From NCBI RefSeq assembly GCF_009914755.1, contig NC_060948.1: a DNA stretch of 64,000 nucleotides; one strand, 5' to 3'. The notes beneath the pieces were generated by a model that saw only the letters and a program-made list of their open reading frames with translations, searched no databases and was not told the DNA's origin. Below are positions 19,467-41,243 of the stretch, one piece after another. Each line of letters opens with the position of its first letter. Positions within the stretch are counted from its first letter, which is position 1. Origin of the DNA: the human T2T-CHM13v2.0 reference genome, Homo sapiens. The translations under genes and the position numbers were made by a program.

Positions 19467-21571
19467 AGATCCATATTTTGTAAATGAAAAAAAATTTCAA
19501 AGGTACTCTGCTTGGTACAATAATCAAATGTATAAACTGAGGAATAAAACATAACCATGAAACCTACTTATAACTGCATATGGAAAATACAGAGGATAAT
19601 TTTTTAAATAACATATTTTGAAAGCCTTAACTAGTAATTTGAAGAGTTGGCATTTGAAAGGCCAGTATGAATATACCTTCAAAGCAGCAACACAGGTTCC
19701 CCATGAGAAAAAGCAAACACAGGGAAAACAAAAACACAAAGGTTCAATCTCTTCTGAGCTTTGAAAGACACAGCACAGACAGTGGTCCTTAGGACGAAGA
19801 GCAGGAGACCCCTAATTCCGTCACCATGGCGATAGGGCATAAACATTGCTGGGTGAGGGCACAATCCACATTGTGAGGTCCAACTGCTGCCAGGAAGACA
19901 GGAGTGCTTTTACATAGACCGAAAGGTCATTGAAGGCTCAGAGTTTTGTTTCAAGAACTGAATCCCAAGCCCACACGTTATTAGGCTGCGCTTCTTAAAA
20001 CAAGTTATGAGATGGGAAAAAGGGCACCCACAAACATACGTATACATTATGTATATAATAATATACAGTATCATATATATAATATATATAACCTATGTAT
20101 AATACTGTTTTACATCCTGCATCTTATGTTATATATATTGTATAAAATATAATAATTGATAATATATAAGTTTTATAATTATACAATATGACATATAGTA
20201 TATATTATAATTTATGACATATATAATATATGTTATATGTCATATATAGAATATATTATACGGTTAATATACGTATTAAATATAAATTATACATTATATA
20301 TATTATATACAATATATCTGTTATATATAATACCCATTATGCATAATATATATATTATGTCTATGTTATATATAGTATAAAACAACATATAATAATATAT
20401 AATTGTATATATAAAATGCGACATATAATATATATTATATTTTATAACATATGTAATATATATTATATATTATATATAATACGTTGTATGTATAATACCT
20501 ATATTAAATATATATTATATGACTATGTTATTAATTACATGTCACATGTGTTATATATTATATATTTTACATAGAATATACCGGTTACGTACAATATATA
20601 CTATGTTACCTATAATGTATAATTTATTACATGTAAAATAAAGAATGCAATATATTATGTATAATTTATAATATACCATATGTGGAATGTGATATATATA
20701 ACATATAATATATGATATATGATATACAGTATATGATATATAACATACAATATATGATTCCTAATATATACGGTATACAATATATATTTTATGATATGTA
20801 TTCTATATGTTTTATATTCTGTTATATATAACTATTTGAAATTATATATAACTGTATAATATTTTATGTAAATATGTAATATAATATATATAACTATATA
20901 ATATATTATATATAACTATATATTATGTTATATATACTTTTATAACATAATTTACATAAAATATCATAATATAATATATATTATATTATTTCATATTACA
21001 TAATATATATTACATATCACCCAATATAACTAACATACATAATATTATAATATAGATTATATTGTGTTATATTAAATATCATATATATCATGTATCATAT
21101 ATTCTATAATATATATTACACATTATATAATATGTATGTTGTCTATTATGTGATATATATAACTATATATATAATTATATTTTTATACATATAACTAGAT
21201 AAACATGTAATTCTACATATTTTCATTTATAATATGTAGAATTATATAATCATATATAATTATTAATATTCTATAAAAAATTTTATCATTATATAAATTA
21301 TAATATATAAAAATTATAATATGTACTACAAATATATATATTATATATCATATATGATATAGTACCTTTGTTATATATCATAATACATATACATGTGTAT
21401 TATGTTATCTATAATTATATAATTTCATATATAAGATGTATAATATGTATCATATATTATATAAGTTATGTAATATATATAGGATATATAAGATGACACA
21501 GGATAAATATTATATACTATGACATATAAAATATATGAGGTTATATGTTACATATAAGGCATAGCACATAA

Positions 21572-21886
<315 letters not shown>

Positions 21887-23989
21887 AGATCCATATTTTG
21901 TAAATGAAAAAAAATTTCAAAGGTACTCTGCTTGGTACAATAATCAAATGTATAAACTGAGGAATAAAACATAACCATGAAACCTACTTATAACTGCATA
22001 TGGAAAATACAGAGGATAATTTTTTAAATAACATATTTTGAAAGCCTTAACTAGTAATTTGAAGAGCTGGCATTTGAAAGGCCAGTATGAATATACCTTA
22101 AAAGCAGCAACACAGGTTCCCCATGAGAAAAAGCAAACACAGGGAAAATAAAAACACAAAGGTTCAATCTCTTCTGACCTTTGAAAGACACAGCACAGAC
22201 AGTGGTCCTTAGGACGAAGAGCAGGAGACCCCTAATTCCGTCACCATGGCGATAGGGCATAAACATTGCTGGGTGAGGGCACAATCCACATTGTGAGGTC
22301 CAACTGCTGCCAGGAAGACAGGAGTGCTTTTACATAGACCGAAAGGTCATTGAAGGCTCAGAGTTTTGTTTCAAGAACTGAATCCCAAGCCCACACGTTA
22401 TTAGGCTGCGCTTCTTAAAACAAGTTATGAGATGGGAAAAAGGGCACCCACAAACATACGTATACATTATGTATATAATAATATACAGTATCATATATAT
22501 AATATATATAACCTATGTATAATAGTGTTTTACATCCTGCATCTTATGTTATATATATTGTATAAAATATAATAATTGATAATATATAAGTTTTATATTT
22601 ATACAATATGACATATAGTATATATTATAATTTATGACATATATAATATATGTTATATGTCATATATAGAATATATTATACGGTTAATATACGTATTAAA
22701 TATAAATTATACATTATATATATTATATATAATATATCTGTTATATATAATACCCATTATGCATAATATATATATTATGTCTATGTTATATATAGTATAA
22801 AACAACATATAATAATATATAATTGTATATATAAAATGCGACATATAATATATATTATATTTTATCACATATGTAATATATATTATATATTATATATAAT
22901 ACGTTGTATGTATAATACCTATATTAAATATATGTTATATGACTATGTTATTAATTACATGTCACATGTGTTATATATTATATATTTTACATAGAATATA
23001 CCGGTTACATACAATATATACTATGTTACCTATAATGTATAATTTATTACATGTAAAATAAAGAATGCAATATATTATGTATAATTTATAATATACAATA
23101 TGTGGAATGTGATATATATAACATATAATATATGATATATGATATACAGTATATGATATATAACATACAATATATGATTCCTAATATATATGGTATACAA
23201 TATATATTTTATGATATGTATTCTATATGTTTTATATTCTGTTATATATAACTATTTGAAATTATATAAAACTGTATAATATTTTATGTAAATATGTAAT
23301 ATAATATATATAACTATATAATATATTATATATAACTATATATTATGTTATATATACTTTTATAACATAATTTACATAAAATATCATAATATAATATATA
23401 TTATATTATTTCATATTACATAATATATATTACATATCACCCAATATAACTAACATACATAATATTATAATATAGATTATATTGCGTTATATTAAATATC
23501 ATATATATCATGTATCATATATTCTATAATATATATTACACATTATATAATATATATGTTGTCTATTATGTGATATATATAACTATATATAATTATATTT
23601 TTATACATATAACTAGATAAACATGTAATTCTACATATTTTCATTTATAATATGTAGAATTATATAATCATATATAATTATTTATATTCTATAAAAAATT
23701 TTATCATTATATAAATTATAATATATAAAAATTATAATATGTACTACAAATATATATATTATATATCATATATGATATAGTACCTTTGTTATATTTCATA
23801 ATACATATAAATGTGTATTATGTTATCTATAATTATATAATTTCATATATAAGATGTATAATATGTATCATATATTATATATGTTATGTAATATATATAG
23901 TATATATAAGATGACACAGGATAAATATTATATACTATGACATATAAAATATATGAGGTTATATGTTACATATAAGGCATAGCACATAA

Positions 23990-24304
<315 letters not shown>

Positions 24305-26409
24305 AGATCCATATTTTTTAAATGAAAAAAAATTTCAAAGGTACTCTGCTTGGTACAATAATCAAATGTATAAACTGAGGAATAAAACATAACCATGAAA
24401 CCTACTTATAACTGCATATGGAAAATACAGAAGATAATTTTTTAAATAACATATTTTGAAAGCCTTAACTAGTAATTTGAAGAGTTGGCATTTGAAAGGC
24501 CAGTATGAATATACCTTCAAAGCAGCAACACAGGTTCCCCATGAGAAAAAGCAAACACAGGGAAAATTAAAACACAAAGGTTCAATCTCTTCTGACCTTT
24601 GAAAGACACAGCACAGACAGTGGTCCTTAGGAGGAAGAGCACGAGACCCCTAATTCCGTCACCATGGCGATAGGGCATAAACATTGCTGGGTGAGGGCAC
24701 AATCCACATTGTGAGGTCCAACTGCTGCCAGGAAGACAGGAGTGCTTTTACATAGACCGAAAGGTCATTGAAGGCTCAGAGTTTTGTTTCAAGAACTGAA
24801 TCCCAAGCCCACACGTTATTAGGCTGCGCTTCTTAAAACAAGTTATGAGATGGGAAAAAGGGCACCCACAAACATACGTATACATTATGTATATAATAAT
24901 ATACAGTATCATATATATAATATATATAACCTATGTATAATATTGTTTTACATCCTGCATCTTATGTTATATATATTGTATAAAATATAATAATTGATAA
25001 TATATAAGTTTTATAATTATACAATATGACATATAGTATATATTATAATTTATGACATATATAATATATGTTATATGTCATATATAGAATATATTATACG
25101 GTTAATATACGTATTAAATATAAATTATACATTATATATATTATATATAATATATCTGTTATATATAATACCCATTATGCATAATATATATATTATGTCT
25201 ATGTTATATATAGTATAAAACAACATATAATAATATATAATTGTATATATAAAATGCGACATATAATATATATTATATTTTATAACATATGTAATATATA
25301 TTATATATTATATATAATACGTTGTATGTATAATACCTATATTAAATATATATTATATGACTATGTTATTAATTACATGTCACATGTGTTATATATTATA
25401 TATTTTACATAGAATATACCGGTTACATACAATATATACTATGTTACCTATAATGTATAATTTATTACATGTAAAATAAAGAATGCAATATATTATGTAT
25501 AATTTATAATATACCATATGTGGAATGTGATATATATAACATATAATATATGATATATGATATACAGTATATGATATATAACATACAATATATGATTCCT
25601 AATATATATGGTATACAATATATATTTTATGATAAGTATTCTATATGTTTTATATTCTGTTATATATAACTATTTGAAATTATATATAACTTTATAATAT
25701 TTTATGTAAATATGTAATATAATATATATAACTATATAATATATTATATATAACTATATATTATGTTATATATACTTTTATAACATAATTTACATAAAAT
25801 ATCATAATATAATATATATTATATTATTTCATATTACATAATATATATTACATATCACCCAATATAACTAACATACATAATATTATAAGATAGATTATAT
25901 TGTGTTATATTAAATATCATATATATCATGTATCATATATTCTATAATATATATTACACATTATATAATATGTATGTTGTCTATTATGTGATATATATAA
26001 CTATATATATAATTATATTTTTATACATATAACTAGATAAACATGTAATTCTACATATTTTCATTTATAATATGTAGAATTATATAATCATATATAATTA
26101 TTTATATTCTATAAAAAATTTTATCATTATATAAATTATAATATATAAAAATTATAATATGTACTACAAATATATATATTATATATCATATATGATATAG
26201 TACCTTTGTTATATATCATAATATATATAAATGTGTATTATGTTATCTATAATTATATAATTTCATATATAAGATGTATAATATGTATCATATATTATAT
26301 AAGTTATGTAATATATATAGTATATATAAGATGACACAGGATAAATATTATATACTATGACATATAAAATATATGAGGTTATATGTTACATATAAGGCAT
26401 AGCACATAA

Positions 26410-26724
<315 letters not shown>

Positions 26725-28829
26725 AGATCCATATTTTGTAAATGAAAAAAAATTTCAAAGGTACTCTGCTTGGTATAATAATCAAATGTATAAACTGAGG
26801 AATAAAACATAACCATGAAACCTACTTATAACTGCATATGGAAAATACAGAGGATAATTTTTTAAATAACATATTTTGAAAGCCTTAACTAGTAATTTGA
26901 AGAGTTGGCATTTGAAAGGCCAGTATGAATATACCTTCAAATCAGCAACACAGGTTCCCCATGAGAAAAAGCAAACACAGGGAAAACAAAAACACAAATG
27001 TTCAATCTCTTCTGACCTTTGAAAGACACAGCACAGACAGTGGTCCTTAGGACGAAGAGCAGGAGACCCCTAATTCCGTCACCATGGCGATAGGGCATAA
27101 ACATTGCTGGGTGAGGGCACAATCCACATTGTGAGGTCCAACTGCTGCCAGGAAGACAGGAGTGCTTTTACATAGACCGAAAGGTCATTGAAGGCTCAGA
27201 GTTTTGTTTCAAGAACTGAATCCCAAGCCCACACGTTATTAGGCTGCGCTTCTTAAAACAAGTTATGAGATGGGAAAAAGGGCACCCACAAACATACGTA
27301 TACATTATGTATATAATAATATACAGTATCATATATATAATATATATAACCTATGTATAATATTGTTTTACATCCTGCATCTTATGTTATATATATTGTA
27401 TAAAATATAATAATTGATAATATATAAGTTTTATAATTATACAATAAGACATATAGTATATATTATAATTTGTGACATATATAATATATGTTATATGTCA
27501 TATATAGAATATATTATACGGTTAATATACGTATTAAATATAAATTATACATTATATATATTATATATATTATATCTGTTATATATAATACTCATTATGC
27601 TTAATATATATATTATGTCTATGTTATATATAGTATAAAACAACATATAATAATATATAATTGTATATATAAAATGCGACATATAATATATATTATATTT
27701 TATAACATATGTAATATATATTATATATTATATATAATACGTTGTATGTATAATACCTATATTAAATATATATTATATGACTATGTTATTAATTACATGT
27801 CACATGTGTTATATATTATATATTTTACATAGAATATACCGGTTACATACAATATATACTATGTTACCTATAATGTATAATTTTTTACATGTAAAATAAA
27901 GAATGCAATATATTATGTATAATTTATAATATACCATATGTGGAATGTGATATATATAACATATAATATATGATATATGATATACAGTATATGATATATA
28001 ACATACAATATATGATTCCTAATATATATGGTATACAATATATATTTTATGATATGTATTCTATATGTTTTATATTCTGTTATATATAACTATTTGAAAT
28101 TATATATAACTGTATAATATTTTATGTAAATATGTAATATAATATATATAACTATATAATATATTATATATAACTATATATTATGTTATATATACTTTTA
28201 TAACATAATTTACATAAAATATCATAATATAATATATATTATATTATTTCATATTACATAATATATATTACATATCACCCAATATAAGTAACATACATAA
28301 TATTATAATATAGATTATATTGTGTTATATTAAATATCATATATATCATGTATCATATATTCTATAATATATATTACACATTATATAATATGTATGTTGT
28401 CTATTATGTGATATACATAACTATATATATAATTATATTTTTATACATATAACTAGATAAACATGTAATTCTACATATTTTCATTTATAATATGTAGAAT
28501 TATATAATCATATATAATTATTTATATTCTATAAAAAATTTTATCATTATATAAATTATAATATATAAAAATTATAATATGTACTACAAATATATATATT
28601 ATATATCATATATGATATAGTACCTTTGTTATATATCATAATACATATAAATGTGTATTATGTTATCTATAATTATATAATTTCATATAAAAGATGTATA
28701 ATATGTATCATATATTATATATGTTATGTAATATATATAGTATATATAAGATGACACAGGATAAATATTATATACTATGACATATAAAATATATGAGGTT
28801 ACATGTTACATATAAGGCATAGCACATAA

Positions 28830-29144
<315 letters not shown>

Positions 29145-31251
29145 AGATCCATATTTTTTAAATGAAAAAAAATTTCAAAGGTACTCTGCTTGGTACAATA
29201 ATCAAATGTATAAACTGAGGAATAAAACATAACCATGAAACCTACTTATAACTGCATATGGAAAATACAGAGGATAATTTTTTAAATAACATATTTTGAA
29301 AGCCTTAACTAGTAATTTGAAGAGTTGGCATTTGAAAGGCCAGTATGAATATACCTTCAAAGCAGCAACACAGGTTCCCCATGAGAAAAAGCAAACACAG
29401 GGAAAATAAAAACACAAAGGTTCAATCTCTTCTGACCTTTGAAAGACACAGCACAGACAGTGGTCCTTAGGACGAAGAGCAGGAGACCCCTAATTCCGTC
29501 ACCATGGCGATAGGGCACAAACATTGCTGGGTGAGGGCACAATCCACATTGTGAGGTCCAACTGCTGCCAGGAAGACAGGAGTGCTTTTACATAGACCGA
29601 AAGGTCATTGAAGGCTCAGAGTTTTGTTTCAAGAACTGAATCCCAAGCCCACACGTTATTAGGCTGCGCTTCTTAAAACAAGTTATGAGATGGGAAAAAG
29701 GGCACCCACAAACATACGTATACATTATGTATATAATAATATACAGTATCATATATATAATATATATAACCTATGTATAATATTGTTTTACATCCTGCAT
29801 CTTATGTTATATATATTGTATAAAATATAATAATTGATAATATATAAGTTTTATAATTATACAATATGACATATAGTATATATTATAATTTATGACATAT
29901 ATAATATATGTTATATATCATATATAGAATATATTATACGGTTAATATACGTATTAAATATAAATTATACCTTATATATATTATATATAATATATCTGTT
30001 ATATATAATACCCATTATGCATAATATATATATTATGTCTATGTTATATATAGTATAAAACAACATATTATAATATATAATTGTATATATAAAATGCGAC
30101 ATATAATATATATTATATTTTATAACATATGTAATATATATTATATATTATATATAATACGTTGTATGTATAATACCTATATTAAATATATATTATATGA
30201 CTATGTTATTAATTACATGTCACATGTGTTATATATTATATATTTTACATAGAATATACCGGTTACATACAATATATACTATGTTACCTATAATGTATAA
30301 TTTATTACATGTAAAATAAAGAATGCAATATATTATGTATAATTTATAATATACAATATGTGGAATGTGACATATGTAACATATAATATATGATATATGA
30401 TATACAGTATATGATATATAACATACAATATATGATTCCTAATATATATGTTATACAATATATATTTTATGATATGTATTCTATATGTTTTATATTCTGT
30501 TATATATAACTATTTGAAATTATATATAACTGTATAATATTTTATGTAAATATGTAATATAATATATATAACTATATAATATATTATATATAACTATATA
30601 TTATGTTATATATACTTTTATAACATAATTTACATAAAATATCATAATATAATATATATTATATTATTTCATATTACATAATATATATTACATATCACCC
30701 AATATAACTAACATACATAATATTATAATATAGATTATATTATGTTATATTAAATATCATATATATCATGTATCATATATTCTATAATATATATTACACA
30801 TTATATAATATGTATGTTGTCTATTATGTGATATATATAACTCAATATATAATTATATTTTTATACATATAACTAGATAAACATGTAATTCTACATATTT
30901 TCATTTATAATATGTAGAATTATATAATCATATATAATTATTTATATTCTATAAAAAATTTTATCATTATATAAATTATAATATATAAAAATTATAATAT
31001 GTACTACAAATATATATATATTATATATCATATATGATATAGTACCTTTGTTATATATCATAATACATATAAATGTGTATTATGTTATCTATAATTATAT
31101 AATTTCATATATAAGATGTATAATATGTATCATATATTATATATGTTATGTAATATATATAGTATATATAAGATGACACAGGATAAATATTATATACTAT
31201 GACATATAAAATATATGAGGTTATATGTTACATATAAGGCATAGCACATAA

Positions 31252-31566
<315 letters not shown>

Positions 31567-33666
31567 AGATCCATATTTTGTAAATGAAAAAAAATTTCAA
31601 AGTTACTCTGCTTGGTACAATAATCAAATGTATAAACTGAGGAATAAAACATAACCATGAAACCTACTTATAACTGCATATGGAAAATACAGAGGATAAT
31701 TTTTTAAATAACATATTTTGAAAGCCTTAACTAGTAATTTGAAGAGTTGGCATTTGAAAGGCCAGTATGAATAAACCTTCAAAGCAGCAACACAGGTTCC
31801 CCATGAGAAAAAGCAAACACAGGGAAAATAAAAACACAAAGGTTCAATCTCTTCTGACCTTTGAAAGACACAGCACAGACAATGGTCCTTAGGACGAAGA
31901 GCAGGAGACCCCTAATTCCGTCACCATGGCGATAGGGCATAAACATTGCTGGGTGAGGGCACAATCCACATTGTGAGGTCCAACTGCTGCCAGGAAGACA
32001 GGAGTGCTTTTACATAGACCGAAAGGTCATTGAAGGCTCAGAGTTTTGTTTCAAGAACTGAATCCCAAGCCCACACGTTATTAGGCTGCGCTTCTTAAAA
32101 CAAGTTATGAGATGGGAAAAAGGGCACCCACAAACATACGTATACATTATGTATATAATAATATACAGTATCATATATATAATATATATAACCTATGTAT
32201 AATATTGTTTTACATCCTGCATCTTATGTTATATATATTGTATAAAATATAATAATTGATAATATATAAGTTTTATAATTATACAATATGACATATAGTA
32301 TATATTATAATTTATGACATATATAATATATGTTATATATCATATATAGAATATATTATACGGTTAATATACGTATTAAATATAAATTATACATTATATA
32401 TATTATATATAATATATCTGTTATATATAATACCCATTATGCATAATATATATATTATGTCTATGTTATATATAGTATAAAACAACATATAATAATATAT
32501 AATTGTATATATAAAATGCGACATATAATATATATTATATTTTATAACATATGTAATATATATTATATATAATACGTTGTATGTATAATACCTATATTAA
32601 ATATATATTATATGACTATGTTATTAATTACATGTCACATGTGTTATATATTATATATTTTACATAGAATATACCGGTTACATACAATATATACTATGTT
32701 ACCTATAATGTATAATTTATTACATGTAAAATAAAGAATGCAATATATTATGTATAATTTATAATATACAATATGTGGAATGTGACATATGTAACATATA
32801 ATATATGATATATGATATACAGTATATGATATATAACATACAATATATGATTCCTAATATATACGGTATACAATATATATTTTATGATATGTATTCTATA
32901 TGTTTTATATTCTGTTATATATAACTATTTGAAATTATATATAACTGTATAATATTTTATGTAAATATGTAATATAATATATATAACTATATAATATATT
33001 ATATATAACTATATATTATGTTATATATACTTTTATAACATAATTTACATAAAATATCATAATATAATATATATTATATTATTTCATATTACATAATATA
33101 TATTACATATCACCCAATATAACTAACATACATAATATTATAATATAGATTATATTATGTTATATTAAATATCATATATATCATGTATCATATATTCTAT
33201 AATATATATTACACATTATATAATATGTATGTTGTCTATTATGTGATATATATAACTCAATATATAATTATATTTTTATACATATAACTAGATAAACATG
33301 TAATTCTACATATTTTCATTTATAATATGTAGAATTATATAATCATATATAATTATTTATATTCTATAAAAAATTTTATCATTATATAAATTATAATATA
33401 TAAAAATTATAATATGTACTACAAATATATATATATTATATATCATATATGATATAGTACCTTTGTTATATATCATAATACATATAAATGTGTATTATGT
33501 TATCTATAATTATATAATTTCATATATAAGATGTATAATATGTATCATATATTATATATGTTATGTAATATATATAGTATATATAAGATGACACAGGATA
33601 AATATTATATACTATGACATATAAAATATATGAGGTTATATGTTACATATAAGGCATAGCACATAA

Positions 33667-33981
<315 letters not shown>

Positions 33982-36086
33982 AGATCCATATTTTGTAAAT
34001 GAAAAAAAATTTCAAAGGTACTCTGCTTGGTACAATAATCAAATGTATAAACTGAGGAATAAAACATAACCATGAAACCTACTTATAACTGCATATGGAA
34101 AATACAGAGGATAATTTTTTAAATAACATATTTTGAAAGCCTTAACTAGTAATTTGAAGAGTTGGCATTTGAAAGGCCAGTATGAATAAACCTTCAAAGC
34201 AGCAACACAGGTTCCCCATGAGAAAAAGCAAACACAGGGAAAATAAAAACACAAAGGTTCAATCTCTTCTGACCTTTGAAAGACACAGCACAGACAGTGG
34301 TCCTTAGGACGAAGAGCAGGAGACCCCTAATTCCGTCACCATGGCGATAGGGCATAAACATTGCTGGGTGAGGGCACAATCCACATTGTGAGGTCCAACT
34401 GCTGCCAGGAAGACAGGAGTGCTTTTACATAGACCGAAAGGTCATTGAAGGCTCAGAGTTTTGTTTCAAGAACTGAATCCCAAGCCCACACGTTATTAGG
34501 CTGCGCTTCTTAAAACAAGTTATGAGATGGGAAAAAGGGCACCCACAAACATACGTATACATTATGTATATAATAATATACTGTATCATATATATAATAT
34601 ATATAACCTATGTATAATATTGTTTTACATCCTGCATCTTATGTTATATATATTGTATAAAATATAATAATTGATAATATATAAGTTTTATAATTATACA
34701 ATATGACATATAGTATATATTATAATTTATGACATATATAATATATGTTATATATCATATATAGAATATATTATACGGTTAATATACGTATTAAATATAA
34801 ATTATACCATATATATTATATATAATATATCTGTTATATATAATACCCATTATGCATAATATATATATTATGTCTATGTTATATATAGTATAAAACAACA
34901 TATTATAATATATAATTGTATATATAAAATGTGACATATAATATATATTATATTTTATAACATATGTAATATATATTATATATTATATATAATACGTTGT
35001 ATGTATAATACCTATATTAAATATATATTATATGACTATGTTATTAATTACATGTCACATGTGTTATATATTATATATTTTACATAGAATATACCGGTTA
35101 CATACAATATATACTATGTTACCTATAATGTATAATTTATTACATGTAAAATAAAGAATGCAATATATTATGTATAATTTATAATATACAATATGTGGAA
35201 TGTGACATATGTAACATATAATATATGATATATGATATACAGTATATGATATATAACATACAATATATGATTCCTAATATATATGGTATACAATATATAT
35301 TTTATGATATGTATTCTATATGTTTTATATTCTGTTATATATAACTATTTGAAATTATATATAACTGTATAATATTTTATGTAAATATGTAATATAATAT
35401 ATATAACTATATAATATATTATATATAACTATATATTATGTTATATATACTTTTATAACATAATTTACATAAAATATCATAATATAATATATATTATATT
35501 ATTTCATATTACATAATATATATTACATATCACCCAATATAACTAACATACATAATATTATAATATAGATTATATTATGTTATATTAAATATCATATATA
35601 TCATGTATCATATATTCTATAATATATATTACACATTATATAATATGTATGTTGTCTATTATGTGATATATATAACTCAATATATAATTATATTTTTATA
35701 CATATAACTAGATAAACATGTAATTCTACATATTTTCATTTATAATATGTAGAATTATATAATCATATATAATTATTTATATTCTATAAAAAATTTTATC
35801 ATTATATAAATTATAATATATAAAAATTATAATATGTACTACAAATATATATATATTATATATCATATATGATATAGTACCTTTGTTATATATCATAATA
35901 CATATAAATGTGTATTATGTTATCTATAATTATATAATTTCATATATAAGATGTATAATATGTATCATATATTATATATGTTATGTAATATATATAGTAT
36001 ATATAAGATGACACAGGATAAATATTATATACTATGACATATAAAATATATGAGGTTATATGTTACATATAAGGCATAGCACATAA

Positions 36087-36401
<315 letters not shown>

Positions 36402-38506
36402 AGATCCATATTTTGTAAATGAAAAAAAATTTCAAAGGTACTCTGCTTGGTACAATAATCAAATGTATAAACTGAGGAATAAAACATAACCATGAAACCT
36501 ACTTATAACTGCATATGGAAAATACAGAGGATAATTTTTTAAATAACATATTTTGAAAGCCTTAACTAGTAATTTGAAGAGTTGGCATTTGAAAGGCCAG
36601 TATGAATAAACCTTCAAAGCAGCAACACAGGTTCCCCATGAGAAAAAGCAAACACAGGGAAAATAAAAACACAAAGGTTCAATCTCTTCTGACATTTGAA
36701 AGACACAGCACAGACAGTGGTCCTTAGGACGAAGAGCAGGAGACCCCTAATTCCGTCACCATGGCGATAGGGCATAAACATTGCTGGGTGAGGGCACAAT
36801 CCACATTGTGAGGTCCAACTGCTGCCAGGAAGACAGGAGTGCTTTTACATAGACCGAAAGGTCATTGAAGGCTCAGAGTTTTGTTTCAAGAACTGAATCC
36901 CAAGCCCACACGTTATTAGGCTGCGCTTCTTAAAACAAGTTATGAGATGGGAAAAAGGGCACCCACAAACATACGTATACATTATGTATATAATAATATA
37001 CTGTATCATATATATAATATATATAACCTATGTATAATATTGTTTTACATCCTGCATCTTATGTTATATATATTGTATAAAATATAATAATTGATAATAT
37101 ATAAGTTTTATAATTATACAATATGACATATAGTATATATTATAATTTATGACATATAAAATATATGTTATATATCATATATAGAATATATTATACGGTT
37201 AATATACGTATTAAATATAAATTATACCTTATATATATTATATATAATATATCTGTTATATATAATACCCATTATGCATAATATATATATTATGTCTATG
37301 TTATATATAGTATAAAACAACATATAATAATATATAATTGTATATATAAAATGCGACATATAATATATATTATATTTTATAACATATGTAATATATATTA
37401 TATATTATATATAATACGTTGTATGTATAATACCTATATTAAATATATATTATATGACTATGTTATTAATTACATGTCACATATGTTATATATTATATAT
37501 TTTACATAGAATATACCGGTTACATACAATATATACTATGTTACCTATAATGTATAATTTATTACATGTAAAATAAAGAATGCAATATATTATGTATAAT
37601 TTATAATATACAATATGTGGAATGTGACATATGTAACATATAATATATGATATATGATATACAGTATATGATATATAACATACAATATATGATTCCTAAT
37701 ATATATGGTATACAATATATATTTTATGATATGTATTCTATATGTTTTATATTCTGTTATATATAACTATTTGAAATTATATATAACTGTATAATATTTT
37801 ATGTAAATATGTAATATAATATATATAACTATATAATATATTATATATAACTATATATTATGTTATATATACTTTTATAACATAATTTACATAAAATATC
37901 ATAATATAATATATATTATATTATTTCATATTACATAATATATATTACATATCACCCAATATAACTAACATACATAATATTATAATATAGATTATATTAT
38001 GTTATATTAAATATCATATATATCATGTATCATATATTCTATAATATATATTACACATTATATAATATGTATGTTGTCTATTACGTGATATATATAACTC
38101 AATATATAATTATATTTTTATACATATAACTAGATAAACATGTAATTCTACATATTTTCATTTATAATATGTAGAATTATATAATCATATATAATTATTT
38201 ATATTCTATAAAAAATTTTATCATTATATAAATTATAATATATAAAAATTATAATATGTACTACAAATATATATATTATATATCATATATGATATAGTAC
38301 CTTTGTTATATATCATAATACATATAAATGTGTATTATGTTATCTATAATTATATAATTTCATATATAAGATGTATAATATGTATCATATATTATAGATG
38401 TTATGTAATATATATAGTAGATATAAGATGACACAGGATAAATATTATATACTATGACATATAAAATATATGAGGTTATATGTTACATATAAGGCATAGC
38501 ACATAA

Positions 38507-38821
<315 letters not shown>

Positions 38822-40928
38822 AGATCCATATTTTTTAAATGAAAAAAAATTTCAAAGGTACTCTGCTTGGTACAATAATCAAATGTATAAACTGAGGAAT
38901 AAAACATAACCATGAAACCTACTTATAACTGCATATGGAAAATACAGAGGATAATTTTTTAAATAACATATTTTGAAAGCCTTAACTAGTAATTTGAAGA
39001 GTTGGCATTTGAAAGGCCAGTATGAATATACCTTCAAAGCAGCAACACAGGTTCCCCATGAGAAAAAGCAAACACAGGGAAAATAAAAACACAAAGGTTC
39101 AATCTCTTCTGACCTTTGAAAGACACAGCACAGACAGTGGTCCTTAGGACGAAGAGCAGGAGACCCCTAATTCCGTCACCATGGCGATAGGGCATAAACA
39201 TTGCTGGGTGAGGGCACAATCCACATTGTGAGGTCCAACTGCTGCCAGGAAGACAGGAGTGCTTTTACATAGACCGAAAGGTCATTGAAGGCTCAGAGTT
39301 TTGTTTCAAGAACTGAATCCCAAGCCCACACGTTATTAGGCTGCGCTTCTTAAAACAAGTTATGAGATGGGAAAAAGGGCACCCACAAACATACGTATAC
39401 ATTATGTATATAATAATATACAGTATCATATATATAATATATATAACCTATGTATAATATTGTTTTACATTCTGCATCTTATGTTATATATATTGTATAA
39501 AATATAATAATTGATAATATATAAGTTTTATAATTATACAATATGACATATAGTATATATTATAATTGATGACATATATAATATATGTTATATATCATAT
39601 ATAGAGTATATTATACGGTTAATATACGTATTAAATATAAATTATACCTTATATATATTATATATAATATATCTGTTATATATAATACCCATTATGCATA
39701 ATATATATATTATGTCTATGTTATATATAGTATAAAACAACATATAATAATATATAATTGTATATATAAAATGCGACATATAATATATATTATATTTTAT
39801 AACATATGTAATATATATCATATATTATATATAATACGTTGTATGTATAATACCTATATTAAATATATATTATATGACTATGTTATTAATTACATGTCAC
39901 ATGTGTTATATATTATATATTTTACATAGAATATACCGGTTACATACAATATATACTATGTTACCTATAATGTATAATTTATTACATGTAAAATAAAGAA
40001 TGCAATATATTATGTATAATTTATAATATACAATATGTGGAATGTGACATATGTAACATATAATATATGATATATGATATACAGTATATGATATATAACA
40101 TACAATATATGATTCCTAATATATATGGTATACAATATATATTTTATGATATGTATTCTATATGTTTTATATTCTGTTATATATAACTATTTGAAATTAT
40201 ATATAACTGTATAATATTTTATGTAAATATGTAATATAATATATATAACTATATAATATATTATATATAACTATATATTATGTTATATATACTTTTATAA
40301 CATAATTTACATAAAATATCATAATATAATATATATTATATTATTTCATATTACATAATATATATTACATATCACCCAATATAACTAACATACATAATAT
40401 TATAATATAGATTATATTATGTTATATTAAATATCATATATATCATGTATCATATATTCTATAATATATATTACACATTATATAATATGTATGTTGTCTA
40501 TTATGTGATATATATAACTATATATATAATTATATTTTTATACATATAACTAGATAAACATGTAATTCTACATATTTTCATTTGTAATATGTAGAATTAT
40601 ATAATCATATATAATTATTTATATTCTATAAAAAATTTTATCATTATATAAATTATAATATATAAAAATTATAATATGTACTACAAATATATATATATTA
40701 TATATCATATATGATATAGTACCTTTGTTATATATCATAATACATATAAATGTGTATTATGTTATCTATAATTATATAATTTCATATATAAGATGTATAA
40801 TATGTATCATATATTATATATGTTATGTAATATATATAGTATATATAAGATGACACAGGATAAATATTATATACTATGACATATAAAATATATGAGGTTA
40901 TATGTTACATATAAGGCATAGCACATAA

Positions 40929-41243
<315 letters not shown>

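Noticed and set aside
27414-27638. 74-aa Ile/Tyr-rich plus-strand ORF unique to U12
   Set aside because: It is a translation of TA-rich low-complexity DNA, opened by chance loss of stops in the diverged unit.
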